This document shows, piece by piece, positions 12,921 to 25,261 of a stretch of DNA of 64,000 nt; the stretch's first letter is position 1, and each line of letters begins with the position of its first letter. The notes under the pieces are model-generated. The model was not told the DNA's origin. It ran no database searches and worked only from the letters and a program-made list of their open reading frames with translations. The stretch covers positions 155,310,001-155,374,000 of the forward strand of contig OZ024743.1 of assembly GCA_964016885.1 (NCBI GenBank). The letters are read 5' to 3'. Source of the stretch: Eledone cirrhosa. Lineage: Eukaryota. The translations under genes and the position numbers were made by a program.

Positions 12921-15652
12921 TTGTGATTATTGTCCCCGGCAACAACGGAGTACGCAAGGGAAACAGAAAGGACAAATCAGGCGACAAAAGTTTTCGACGT
13001 TAATCTATTACAAGGAAATAGAATGAGAAATTAAAGAAGAAATTGAAGGATAGAGTAGAGTGGGCAGTGACTGAAACGAACCAGAAATTCTTTGAAAAAA
13101 AAAAAACGGACAAGTCACCATATACTGGAAAATAGTTGATTCAGCTGTTATGTGTAACAGAATAAGTGGGTGTTTGTTGTTTGCTCTGACTAAGCTAAGG
13201 GGATGTGTATATATATAGGTTTAAGAGTGTGTGCGTGTGTGTTCCCTTGTAAGTACGAAGCTGTGAGGTATATATGTTTATAGGTTTATGAGGGTATGTG
13301 TCTGTGTGCGTGTGTGTGTGTATCTTTGTGCGTTCGTCAATACAGAGCTGTCAGGGTAAATACAGTTGTGTGCGTGTTTATTGTTGGCCTGTACAAGCTG
13401 AAATGGTGCGTGTGTTTGACAATTACAGAGCTACAGGAAGCTAGGTGTGAATGTGCTCGCGGATGTGTGACAGCAAAGTATATATGTGTGTGTGTGTGCG
13501 TATGTGTGTGTGTGTGTATATATTACAACGATAATTACAGTTGATTCAAAAGGTTCCCTCTAATAAAAACTAATATTAATTTGCCATATAATCAAACGAC
13601 ATGATCCGGGGACTATAACTGTGTCACATCATTTCAGTTATCCCGGCCACTCGCATCTTCATATCACAATTGATGAGATGATCCAATATCGTATGGGTCT
13701 GTTTCCATATAATCGTTAACCACAGCTACACCTTGTTCTATCAGTTTGTGACCTGCTTTTATCTAAAACGCACATACTCACGTCCACTCGCACACATACC
13801 AAACGCGCTTGTGCATACTGAAAATCAACATACATTCTGTATTTACCTATAAACACACATGGAATTCACTATTACTTTATGATCCATGCAGATACGTTCA
13901 TCCTCTAAATTTGGATACATCACAAGCATATCATTAGTCAACAATTCCGTATCGACACAGCACGAATTGTTGTTTTGATCGTACTCCCAATAATATATTT
14001 ATTTCCCATTAATGCATACACATACAATTACTAAAATAATTATTCCATGATACGCTTGATATCTATCCGACACTGTATATTGTCCAACTGATATACACAT
14101 CATTTTTCATTCAATAAATGTTGCATTTATTCCCTAATAAGCAAAAACAAACAATCGAACCCATATATTAACTAAAACTACATAAAATGCTGATATGACC
14201 ACATATTACCCTTTAAAACCAGATTTCTTTCTACTCACCTTCTACCTACCCACATCCATAACATTTTGTTGACGCCATCAAATATTTATTCACATTATTT
14301 CATGTATAAATATTCGTATGCATCATTAATGACAAACTCGTTCTCTTTTTTCGCTTCCATACACTCATAAACCTACTTCACAAACATCACATTTCATTAA
14401 GTTGCATGTAACACTTAATTACTTCACTGCCTGGTCACTATTTTATGTTAACACTCACCCTTTTCATACGACTCAATTCCTGACTATCATCAAATAGCAT
14501 AACCAACATTTGTTTCCCTTACAAATTGATATATGTCTTTTTCACATTCTTTCTTGACGGGAGATCTATCCAAAAAACTTTGGTTTTCCTTCTGTTCTCC
14601 CCATGCACAGCGAAAGTGTAATTTCATTAGCTTCGTACCATAGATCCTCATTTATGGAGACGTCTTTACTTGTATTACTCGCCCTGATTATTCATTTGTC
14701 TTGCGATGAAATAGATAACACCCTGGTACAAACGTGGCACGTGCTATCAATGTAGCGTATTGCGTTATAACGAAACATAACTCCAGATGGAAATGTACGA
14801 AATACATTTTGATGAAGATGCTAGGTTGAGGGTTCCGGTAATCTGAAACGGCAAAAAAAATATTCACAAAGACATATGATATTAAATAAAAGAAATATAT
14901 GCAAAAATAATTAACTATAAACCCATAAGTACATTTTTATATCAATATGCAGCCAATGGATGCCTATTCTTATTTGAGGTCTGCATATAACTCAATTCAG
15001 TGTAATGTTTTATTATATGTATTGGTATATGCGTTATCGCAGCATTATCTGTTCATTTATGTCAGCTGTCTCCGCAATTATCAATATTGTACCTAAACCT
15101 CACCAAGGAGTGACAATTAGCATTTGGAAACATACATATGACGTAGAGAGCGTGAATCTAATAGCACCTGTTTACTTACTGTTAGTCACTTGCTTATAAC
15201 ACAAGCACAACATACACAGACATATATACACACACACATATATATATATATGCGTGTGTGTATGTGTGTGTGTATGTCTGTGTACGTGTGTGTGTGCGTG
15301 TCTGTGTGTACAATAATTACAATGACTCAAACAATTAGGTTTCGTCTAGGGTCACCGTCTTCCAATCACATCATGATTTTACAAAAATCTCATCGTGTAA
15401 ATACGATTTTGCATATTATTGGACGGACATAATGGATAAAAGGATTTGTGTGGGAAGACAAAGGAGGCTTACTGAAATATACAGTTTCATTATAACATCC
15501 TGAGAGCTGTTGATGTATCAGCAAAATACTACGCACAGAAACCATGTATTACTTCCGAAATATAAATAGAGAAAGTTCACGTAGTCCGGTGTAAATTGTC
15601 AACGGTGGGACCAGTCTCTTTCTATATATATAGGGAGAGAGGGAGATACATA

Positions 15653-16108
15653 TACGAGCGGGCTTCAAAAAGCACATGAATAAAGTACACAGCTAAAAAC
15701 TGTATGCAAAGATTTTGTTCTCACTGCACCTGTAACTTCTCACACTAACGTGCCATAATATCTTGTAATGTGAATCCTTAAATGCATGTTGAAACGCGGC
15801 GCCGTCAGTCGGATGTCAGCACTCGCTCAAGTACATGGCCGGCATCAAAACATCAAATTTATGATAAATCTAAGGTAGATGAGCAGCCTAACCATTGACG
15901 CTCTGGAGCAAGTCTATGGAGATAATGCCCCAAAGAAAACAACATCGTACAAATGGATATCTTTCACGAATGGACTTAAAGGCTGCTGTCATGGTTTGCA
16001 GAAATGTATTGATCTAGATGAAGCATATGTTGAAAAATTAAACAACATAATTTAAACCGTTTTTTCCAAGTGTACTTTTCTACAAACTCTTTGAAGCACC
16101 CTGATGTA
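15653..16108 (+). mobile_element. Internally deleted mariner element
   Basis: Degenerate TIRs tacgagcgggcttcaaaaag / ctctttgaagcaccctgatgta; N-terminal DALEQVYGDNAPKKTTSYKW joined to C-terminal QKCIDLDEAYVEK. Confidence 0.8.
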
Positions 16109-16134
16109 CATAAGGGTTTCTTGAGGCGGAGCAC

Positions 16135-16850
16135 TCTTCTTCTTCTTCTTCTTCTTCTTCTTCTTCTTCTTCTTCTTCTTCTTCTTCTTCTTCTTCTTCT
16201 TCTTCTTCTTCTTCTTCTTCTTCTTCTTCTTCTTCTTCTTCTTCTTCTTCTTCTATCAGAAGCAACCGTCTTCAATTAATCCAGCAGGATCCACAAGTGA
16301 GAGCAGCCAAGTGCATGTATGTTATCCAGCTATCTTCTTTGGGATTATCCAACCAACTTTCTCCTGTTGGATTCGCCCGGAAAATCTCCAAAACCCCTTG
16401 GAAGAACCCCTTCTCGGACGCTTGGATTCGTGATCGTATTCCTTAGATCATTACCGAAGATTGATGACTATAAGTAAGTGTTTGCCCGAATACAGAAATG
16501 AAAAAGTGATCTTGGCTTTGACACCAACCTCCTTTTGATTTCCGAATTCTTAATCTGGTGTATTACTGCACCAGATCTTGTAATTATTGAACATAATTCA
16601 GACTCCTGCTTCCATAACTCGTGAACACGGTCCCAAGATACTTGCATTTCTTGACGTGCCTCGGTGTAACTCTACTTAGATGTATACTGCTCTCTACTGG
16701 CTTCCTTGTGAGGACCTCTGTCTTAGATTTTGCAGAACTGATTTTCATTCCAACCACGCAACACTCGGCATAAAAACGATTAAGTGAAAGTCGGAGAACA
16801 CCTTCTGACGGGTTGAGTAACACCATGTTGTTTGCAAGTTCCACACTCCA
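16135..16850 (-). mobile_element. RTE-clade LINE 3' fragment with (GAA)n tail
   Basis: VLLNPSE..LNRFYAEC..GMKISSAKSK..VKKCKYLGTVFTS (late RT); (CTT)n at 16135-16253 lies at its 3' end. Confidence 0.7.
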
Positions 16851-16883
16851 TTCGTGATACCACGTTAATCCCAGCTGCGCATG

Positions 16884-17286
16884 TCAATACAAAATCATCG
16901 GCTTTTTCCAAAAGGGAGTTCCTGCCCCCAGGGCTCCCCCAGTCAGCATGTGCCAATTCTTAGAGTTCACATTCATCTGTAGGACAAACGTAGCCCATGT
17001 ATCAAGTTTTGTGAAAATCGGTTGCGAACTCCAGAAGTTATGACGTTTTGTTGCATTGCACTGCAGTGCTTCAGTCGACTTCAAGGAAGTGCTTAAAGGG
17101 GGTTATCTGCCAGGAGGCCCTATAATCAATATCTGGAAAAATAAAAGTGCCCATGACCATCCGGAGTACATAAGTAACCAATGTCTTAAGTTTGGTGAAA
17201 ATACTGTAGAAATGCATAAGCTTTATACACGCGCGCGCTCGTGTGTGTGTGTGTGTGTGTGTGTCTCTGTGTGTGTGTGTGTGTGT

Positions 17287-17361
<75 letters not shown>

Positions 17362-17380
17362 TGTGTGTGTGAGTGCGTTT
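16884..17380. repeat. Non-autonomous repeat (Helentron/HINE-like) followed by (GT)n
   Basis: Internally repeated motif aagttt(t/g)gtgaaaat at about 17005 and 17190 and terminal dinucleotide tract; family assignment is from recall only. Confidence 0.35.
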
Positions 17381-18030
17381 GTGAGTGTGGGGGGTGTATG
17401 TATTTGTGTGTGCGTCTGTATGTGTATGCCCATCCTGGCATACGTATGTATTGGTTTAAATCTTCACTATTTACTTTTAGTATTTTAATAACCTCTGTCA
17501 TTTTCGATTTCAATTTTATTTACATCATTCTTAAACTCCGGGGCTGGAAATCATTCTGTTATGTTAAATAGAATATTAGTCTAACGACTCCCTTTATACC
17601 ATAAACTTAGTCTTGTCTTTGCATGAACTTGTTCTTCACGTTCCACATAACGACGTATTATCCTCGCTTTTTCCCGTTCATTGTCAGGGAGCGTCTTCAC
17701 GAACCAAAATATTGTCTTCCTGTTTTCGTTCGGTTGGAACGTTTCTAGAAATATTGACTTCTGCGTTCATAGATTACTCTCAGTTCAATTTGAATGGCAA
17801 ATTCCTGTTTCATCGATTTTCTCCGTAACCATGGAAGCTTGTACCGTAAACGTCGACTCAACGCATCTTCGGCTCATTCTGCATAAGTGTGTACATTTTC
17901 GCTGCATTCCACCAAGCCGTTTCGACGTTTATCCGACTAAACCTACTTACTTAAATATACAACGTCCGACCACTTATATATAACCAATTTATATAGTAGA
18001 TAAATAATAATAATAATAATAATAATAATA

Positions 18031-18363
18031 GTGCAAGAGAAGGAGAGGGAGAAAATTAACCGATACCAGGTCCTAAAGTGGGAGGTGAAAAGGATTTGGA
18101 ACTGCCATGAAGTCAAAGTGATCCCGATTGTCATAGGCGCACTGGGGACTATCTCCAAAAGTTTCCAGGGATGGTTAAAGAAAATCGGCCCCTTCACGCT
18201 TTTTCACGCTTTTTGGAACGCTTCAAAAGGCATGCTTGCTTGGAACAGCAAGAACCCTCCGATACGTCCTGAATATCTGAGGCTGCAGGTAGTGGCTTGA
18301 TATTCAATCCAACGGACTTTCCAGTTAACCAACATCAATGACTGAGATTCAAGGAATAACAAC

Positions 18364-18412
<49 letters not shown>

Positions 18413-18437
18413 GTAATAATAATAATAATAATAATAA
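18031..18437 (+). mobile_element. Dong/R4 family-1 3' fragment inserted in (TAA)n
   Basis: Near-identical to 22497-22830 (EKINRY..VIPIVIGALG); (taa)n on both sides. Confidence 0.95.
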
Positions 18438-19164
18438 CAAATATTCAACTTTGTATTGTACACTGTATATCCAAAAAAGAAAAGGGCTATAAATGGAAGA
18501 AGAACCCCCCCCCCCTCCTCTCCTCTGGCTACACTATATAGGACAGCTAAACTCACCAACACCAGAAACTAGATACACCACCCACCCCATTATCTGTGTA
18601 CACTAAACACAACAGCCAGATAACGACATTTTCACCTTCACCGCCACCGCTCACTACGGCCATCATTACCACCACTATCCCATCACCGCCGCCACCACCC
18701 CTTGACTCCTTCACTACTGCCACCGCTACAGCACCATCACTACAGTAATACGGTCACATCACCGCCACCACTGCCTCGGTATCGACATCACCACCACCAC
18801 TGTCTCAGTATCGCTACCGCCGCCAGTCTCCCACTTCCCCCTGCTGGCTGCTACTTCCACATTATAGAATTCCTACTACTAACAAAGAGGAAGGCATCAA
18901 AATATATAGATAGACTCAAAAGAAAAAAGAAAAAACAAACAACAAAACCAAAGCAGCACAGCAACAACAGCAAAAAACGAGAAAAACAAACAGAGAAAAA
19001 CAAAAACAAAAAAAGAAACCCCCAAAACGTAAAGAAAATAAGAATGAAGAGAGAAGCAGGCGGACGGACAGAGAAGAGGGGGGAAAAAGTAAAACTTAAA
19101 AAACTAAAACTAAGTCAGACATTCGAACACTACATTACAATGAAACTTATGCTTATTCATTTTT

Positions 19165-22100
19165 GGGGCCCTTTCTGCCTGTGTGTTTGTTTGTTTATGT
19201 GTGTTCGTATACAGCGTGGTGATAATGCCACACAAGGGCCAAGTGGGATGGCGGATCCACAGATGGCTATGTAAACATACATTCGCCAATCCTCGATAAG
19301 AGTGTTTAAATATCGAACATAAACAGTTCGAATAACGGTGAAATGGAGACTAGAACGTCATGTGACAGACTCTCACCGAACAGGTGCCCCCTGGCTCAGC
19401 AGCAGGAACCTGACTGTCAACCTAATACTGCTGATGTTGGAGGAAGGAGAAGAAGGAAAGGGGCCAGAACCAACTGGACGAAAGAATTGAATAGAACTGT
19501 TATGCAATGCTACCTGAAAAGTAACCCCAAGGAGAGGGGCTACAGGAGACGGATGCATAACATCTGGAACGAGATTGGTTTATTTAAATTAGATGAACAA
19601 AAATTGGCCGGGCAGGCTCGGGTAATAAGAACTAATGGGTGGATAAGCGAGCTGGAACTGGAGGAACTGAGCAGAGAGAATGGCTTGGAGATGGCGGGTG
19701 TAGTATGCCAGACAAGCGAGCCGGTGGGAAATGAAGGTGAGGAGGTCCTGAGAACGGAGGAACCACCCGAAGCAGACAATGATCTGCATACTGAGATAAA
19801 TAATACCTGGAACAGAGATACGGCCACTGAGGAGATGAATGCTGACGGGCTAGAACAAGATTCGGTTGACATCCTAAATTTAGTGGTAGATGAATTGGAC
19901 AATGATAGTGGGAGACCTATGAACCTAATATTTGTAGACAGGAAAAAGTTAAAAGAAACAACAGCTAAGGTAAACAAAGTCATCCCATACCTTGAGGCGA
20001 GGAGCCTTCACCAGTGCAACAATATCCTCAGAGCAACAGCAAATACGGTGAGGAAACTACTTGGTATAATAGCGAGAGGAAACAACAGACAAGAAAGAGC
20101 AGAGCCGTGGTGGAAGAAGCGACTGAGTGGGCAAATCGGGGAAATGAGAAATGACATAGGAAAGCTTGAGTCACTACTGAATGGGACACTAAAAAACATA
20201 GGCACTAAAAGTAGACTGGAAATAAAATACAAAACTAGGAGTAAAAAGCTAAATATTATCATAGAGGAATTGAAGCAACGCATTGTAGCAAAGAGTGCAA
20301 AAATCAGGCGATACGAGAAGAGAGTCAGTCAGTATAAACAGAACCGCATGTTCGACAACAACCAGAAGATGCTGTTTGGACAGCTTGAGGGGAAAGAAAG
20401 AGGCAACGACTTGATCCCTGGGGCGGAGCAAACTAAAACATTCTGGAGAGGAATATGGGAGCAGGATGTTAGACACAATGCCCAGGCAGGGTAGATTGAG
20501 ACAGTAAAGAGGGAGATCGGTGAGCAGGCACAGCAACAGACTGATTTGAGTATCACAGTTGAAACTCTTAAGGGACAAGCCAAAAAACTAACCAACTGGA
20601 AATCACCAGGCCCAGATGGTGTGCAGGGGTATTGGATTAAACATTTAACATCCCTCCACCCGAAGCTGACGGCCATGTTCAATGACTGCTTGGTGTCGGG
20701 TGAGGTGCCAGAGTGGTTGACAAAAGGTACCACAGTTCTGATAATGAAAGACCGAATCAAGGGTAATGATGCTAGCAACTATAGACCTATCACATGTCTG
20801 CCCGTAATGTGGAAACTGTTGACGAGCATTGTGTCTGAGGAAATCTACCATCACCTCCACACAAACAACTTGTTACCGGACGAACAGAAAGGATGCCGAA
20901 AGAAGTCACGTGGTACAAAGGACCAGTTGCTTATTGATAAGATGGTAATGGGGAATTGCAGGAGGAGACACACTGATCTTGCCATGGGATGGATAGACTA
21001 CAGAAAGGCATTTGACATGGTGCCTCATTCCTGGATCACCAAAAGCCTGGAGATCTTCAGGGTGGCAGATAACATCAGACAGTTGCTAGGCAGGAGTATG
21101 GGGTCCTGGGAGACAGAGTTGACATCAACTGGAGTATCCTTGGGAAGCGAGAAGATCAAGAGAGGTATCTTCCAGGGAGATAGCCTGTCCCCTCTGTTGT
21201 TTGTCCTTGCCCTGATGCCCTTGACCATTATGCTGCGAAAAGTGAGAGCAGGATACAAGTTGGGAAGGGGAGAGCTTACCATCAATCACCTCCTCTTCAT
21301 GGACGATCTTAAGCTTTTCGGGAAAAGTGAGAAGGAGTTGGATGCGCTTGTTGACACTGTCCGTATTTTCAGCAGTGATATATGTATGCAGTTTGGTATT
21401 GGTAAATGTGGAGTCATTGTGATGAAGAGGGGTAGGTTGACCAGAAGTGAGGCGATCCAGATACCAACAGGTGAGATGATAAAGGAAATTGACTCTGAGG
21501 AAGGATACAAGTATTTGGGCGTTCTGGAGGCTGATGGCATAAAGAACAAAAAAATGAAGGAATTGTTAAGAACTGAATACATTCGGAGAGTAAGGAGCGT
21601 ATTGAAGTCACATCTGAACAGCAGAAATGCCATAAGCGCAGTAAATTCCCGAGCTGTGTCTATTATTAGGTACAGTGCGGGAATTCTGAGATGGAATGTT
21701 GCTGAACAAAAAGAAATGGATAGGAAGACTAGGAAGCTATTGACTATCTACAACATGTTCCACAAGAGGAGTGATGTCGATAGACTCTACCTAAGGAGAT
21801 CTGAGGGTGGAAGAGGTCTCATCAGCATAGAGGACTGTGTTCAGATGGAGAAAAACAACCTATACAAATACGTGACCTATAGTAAGGAGCCAATGCTCAG
21901 AACTGTACTGAAGGAGGGGACAGTAGGCCAGGGGATGTCCAAGGAGGAAATAACATCAAGGAGGAAGAGCAGCCTTAAGGGAAAATCCCTTCATAGTACC
22001 TTCTTTGAGAAAACTGAATTTAGAGATCCACAGACATGGAACTGGTTGAGAAGAGGAGACCTCAAAAAGGCTACAGAAGGAATGCTAATGGCTGCGCAGG

Positions 22101-22855
22101 AGCAGGCCCTCAAAACGAAGTGGTTGAAGCACCATATCTACAAGGAGGAGGCTAGCCCACTGTGCAGGATCTGTGGAGAGAGAGAGGAGACTGTGGCTCA
22201 CATTGTGTCCGAGTGTAAACACCTAGCCCAGACCCACTATAAGGGCTGGAGACACGATGTGATGGGCAGGGTGATCCACTGGCACCTATGCAAAGTAAAC
22301 AATTTACCACATTCTGAGAAATGGTATGAGCATAGGCCAGAGGCGGTGATGGAGAACAATCAGGTGAAGGTGCTGTGGGATTTTAGGATACAGACGGACA
22401 AAAAACTGGAACACAATAGACCTGACCTTGTGGTTGTGGACAAAGAAAAAAGATCGTGTCTGATTGTGGATGTGGCCTGCCCGTTCGACACGAGAGTGCA
22501 AGAGAAGGAGAGGGAGAAAATTAACCGATACCAGGACCTAAAGTGGGAGGTGAAAAGGATTTGGAACTGCCATGAAGTCAAAGTGATCCCGATTGTCAGG
22601 CGCACTGGGGACTATCTCCAAAAGTTTCCAGGTATGGTTAAAGATAATCGGCCCCTTCACGCTTTTTGGAACGCTTCAAAAGGCATGCTTGCTTGGAACA
22701 GCAAGAACCCTCCGATACGTCCTGAATATCTGAGGCTGCAGGTAGTGGCTTGATATTCAATCCAACGGACTTTCCAGTTAACCAACATCAATGACTGAGA
22801 TTCAAGGAATAACAACAATAATAATAATAATAAGACAATAATAATAAGACAATAA
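19165..22855 (+). mobile_element. R4/Dong-clade non-LTR retrotransposon family 1, apparently full length (5' boundary approximate)
   Basis: Single long ORF with RT, CCHC and RLE; about 80-nt 3' UTR ending in (TAA)n. Confidence 0.93.
19343..22733 (+). CDS. Reverse transcriptase / CCHC zinc knuckle / restriction-like endonuclease polyprotein (about 1130 aa; TAG at 20492-20494, 2-nt deletion near 22598)
   Basis: ORFs 19343-20494 and 20546-22753 share one frame; motifs SPGPDG, NYRPITCLP, EQKG, IDYRKAFDMVPH, GIFQGDSLSPLLF, LFMDD, YKYLG, CRIC..ETVAHIVSEC, RHD, RPDLVVVD..IVDV, EKINRY. Confidence 0.92.
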
Positions 22856-25255
22856 TATGTTCAAAAACAACCAAAGAAACTTCTACAGAAAATTGGTAAG
22901 TCAACAATATCTGCTAAATCAATACCACCCAAGGAGGAAGTGCAAGAATTCTGGGAAAAGATCTGCGCCGAAGAAAAAGTTCATAACATACATGCCCCAT
23001 GGATAGACAGACAAATGAAAGAAACAGCTCACCTTGAAGAACAAACATGGGAAAATATAACAGTTGAACAGTTGCGCTTGGCTCTAAGAAAAACCAGCAA
23101 ATGGAAATCCCCAGGAAAAGACAAAATACAAAACTTTTGGATAAATCCCTTCACAGAGTCTCATGAGCTGTTAGCCCAACTTTACAATGAAATAGTTAAG
23201 GAGCCAGAAAAGATACCATCATGGCAGTAAACGGCATTACATTCCTGCTACCGAAGAATGATGAGACAAACAATCCCAAAAATTACAGACCGATAACCTG
23301 CTTGACCACAATGTATATCATTTTAACATCAGTCCTAACTGAATACACATATGACCACCTGATAACAAATGACCTATTTTTTATTGAGCAGAAAGGGTGT
23401 AAACGAGGCTCATATGGCTGTAAGGATCAGCTTCTGGTTAACAAAATGATACTGGAAGATTGTCATAATAGACACAAAAATCTATCGATTGCTTGGATAG
23501 ATTATAAAAAACATTCGATAATTTGCCACACAGTTGGATTGAAAAATGTTTAGAGATTTTCAAAATATCACCCGTTGTCAGGAGGTTTTTGTCATTCAGT
23601 ATGAAGACATGGAAAACGACACTCCTTTTGAATAGTGAAACAAAATCACTGGAAGCTGGAGAAGTTAATATTAATTGTGGAATTTTTCAGGGTGACTCTT
23701 TATCACCGCTTTTATTCTGCATCGCACTTACACCATTAAGTAAAAACTTACAAATATCTAGGTGTTTGTGAAGGAGACGGAATCAAGCACTCGACAATGA
23801 GGGAAAGGATAAGGAAGGAATGTTACCGCAGAGTAAGAGCAATCTTAAGAACGGAATTGAATGCAAGCAAAAGGATCGATGCCATAAACACGCTTGCCAT
23901 ACCAGTAGTAACCTACAGTTACAATGTCATCAATTGGTCAAGCACAGAGATCCGTAGGCTCGATACAAAAATTCGAAAATTCTTAACCATGCACAGAATA
24001 CATCACCCTAAGGCAGATACGGATAGAATATATCTCCCTAGGAAAGAAGGAGGACGTGGGTTAATCCAGATAGACAGTGCGTTGAAAACTGAAACAATTG
24101 GATTATCTACATATCTAAGGGAATCACATGATTGGATGATCAAACTCGTTTTGAAACACGAAAGCATCAAAAGATCATATTCCATTACAAAAGATGCACA
24201 AAGATACAGTAATGGACTACACATTTCAGAAGTCCCATTTACTGCTGAAATGGAAAACACAGAAAAAGCAAAGCAGGTAAAAGTAACTGCAAAGAAAGAA
24301 CTGCTACAAAAACTGGCTAAGAAATGGCAAGAAGAGCCTCTGTATGGAAGATACTCAGAAAGATCTAACAATCCTGATGTTGACAAAACTTTAACCCATC
24401 AGTGGTTGGCATCCTCTGGACTGAAATCGGAGACTGAAGGACTGATTATATCAGCACAAGATCAGTGTCTGCCAACAAAAAATTACCAAACCAACATAAT
24501 ATAAAAATGGATGCAGCCCATTATGCCGTGTATGTAAAAAACAACCAGAGACCATTGACCATATAATTTCATTTGCAGTGCTATAGCTCCAACCTAATAT
24601 CAAAACAGGCATGACAGAGCTGCACAATACATACATTGGATAATGTGTAAGCATTTTGACCTGCCCAATCAAAAGAATTGGTGGAAGCATCAACCACCTC
24701 CCATACTTGAAAAAGATCACATCTCAATCTTGTGGAACTTTAGCTTCCAAACAGACCAAAAAATAGATGCAAATAGACCTGATATAATATTGAAGGACAT
24801 TAAAAAGAGGGTATGCCTGCTAATTGATATGTCTGTTCCAATAGACAAGAATGTATCTATAAAAACATTTGAAAAATTGAGCAAGTATAAGGACCTGGAG
24901 ATAGAAATTGGAAAAATGTGGAAATTGAGAACTAAAACAATACCAGTGGTTGTAGGCGCTCTGGGAATGATACCTAAGGGGTCTATTGATTACTTATCGC
25001 AAATCCCAAGAAACCCGCGTATAGGAGAAATACAAAAGATAGTACTAATGGGAACTGCCCATATACTAAGGAAGATTCTGTCAATATAAGTACATCACAA
25101 GTCTAAACACTAAAGATGCATGTGTGAGTATGTATGTTCTTTCTTGAACATGGGGGACCTTGTTGTCTCTTGAGGTCACTGGGTGTGACTTGGTGATAAC
25201 TCGTATGAACATAAAGCAAGATAAATGCAACTGTAATAATAATAATAATAATATT
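22856..25255 (+). mobile_element. R4/Dong-clade family 2, 5'-truncated, catalytic YMDD region deleted
   Basis: WKSPGKD, NYRPITCL, EQKGCKRGSYGCKDQL, GIFQGDSLSPLLF joined directly to YKYLG (about 23745), RPDII..IDMSVP..EKLSKY..VVGALG; ends in (TAA)n. Confidence 0.92.
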
Positions 25256-25261
25256 AATAAT

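Noticed and set aside
13660-13765. Minus-strand exon-like AGHKLIEQGVAVV, reminiscent of a glutamate-receptor N-terminal domain
   Set aside because: Only about 32 codons before a stop, with no donor site or supporting exons
18702-19274. 190-aa His/Pro- then Lys-rich ORF upstream of the Dong element as a possible ORF1
   Set aside because: It is built from (CAC)-rich and A-rich low-complexity DNA; R4/Dong elements have a single ORF
19540-22605. Antisense ORFs over Dong and Tx1 copies
   Set aside because: Shadow frames of the coding strand with no recognisable motifs
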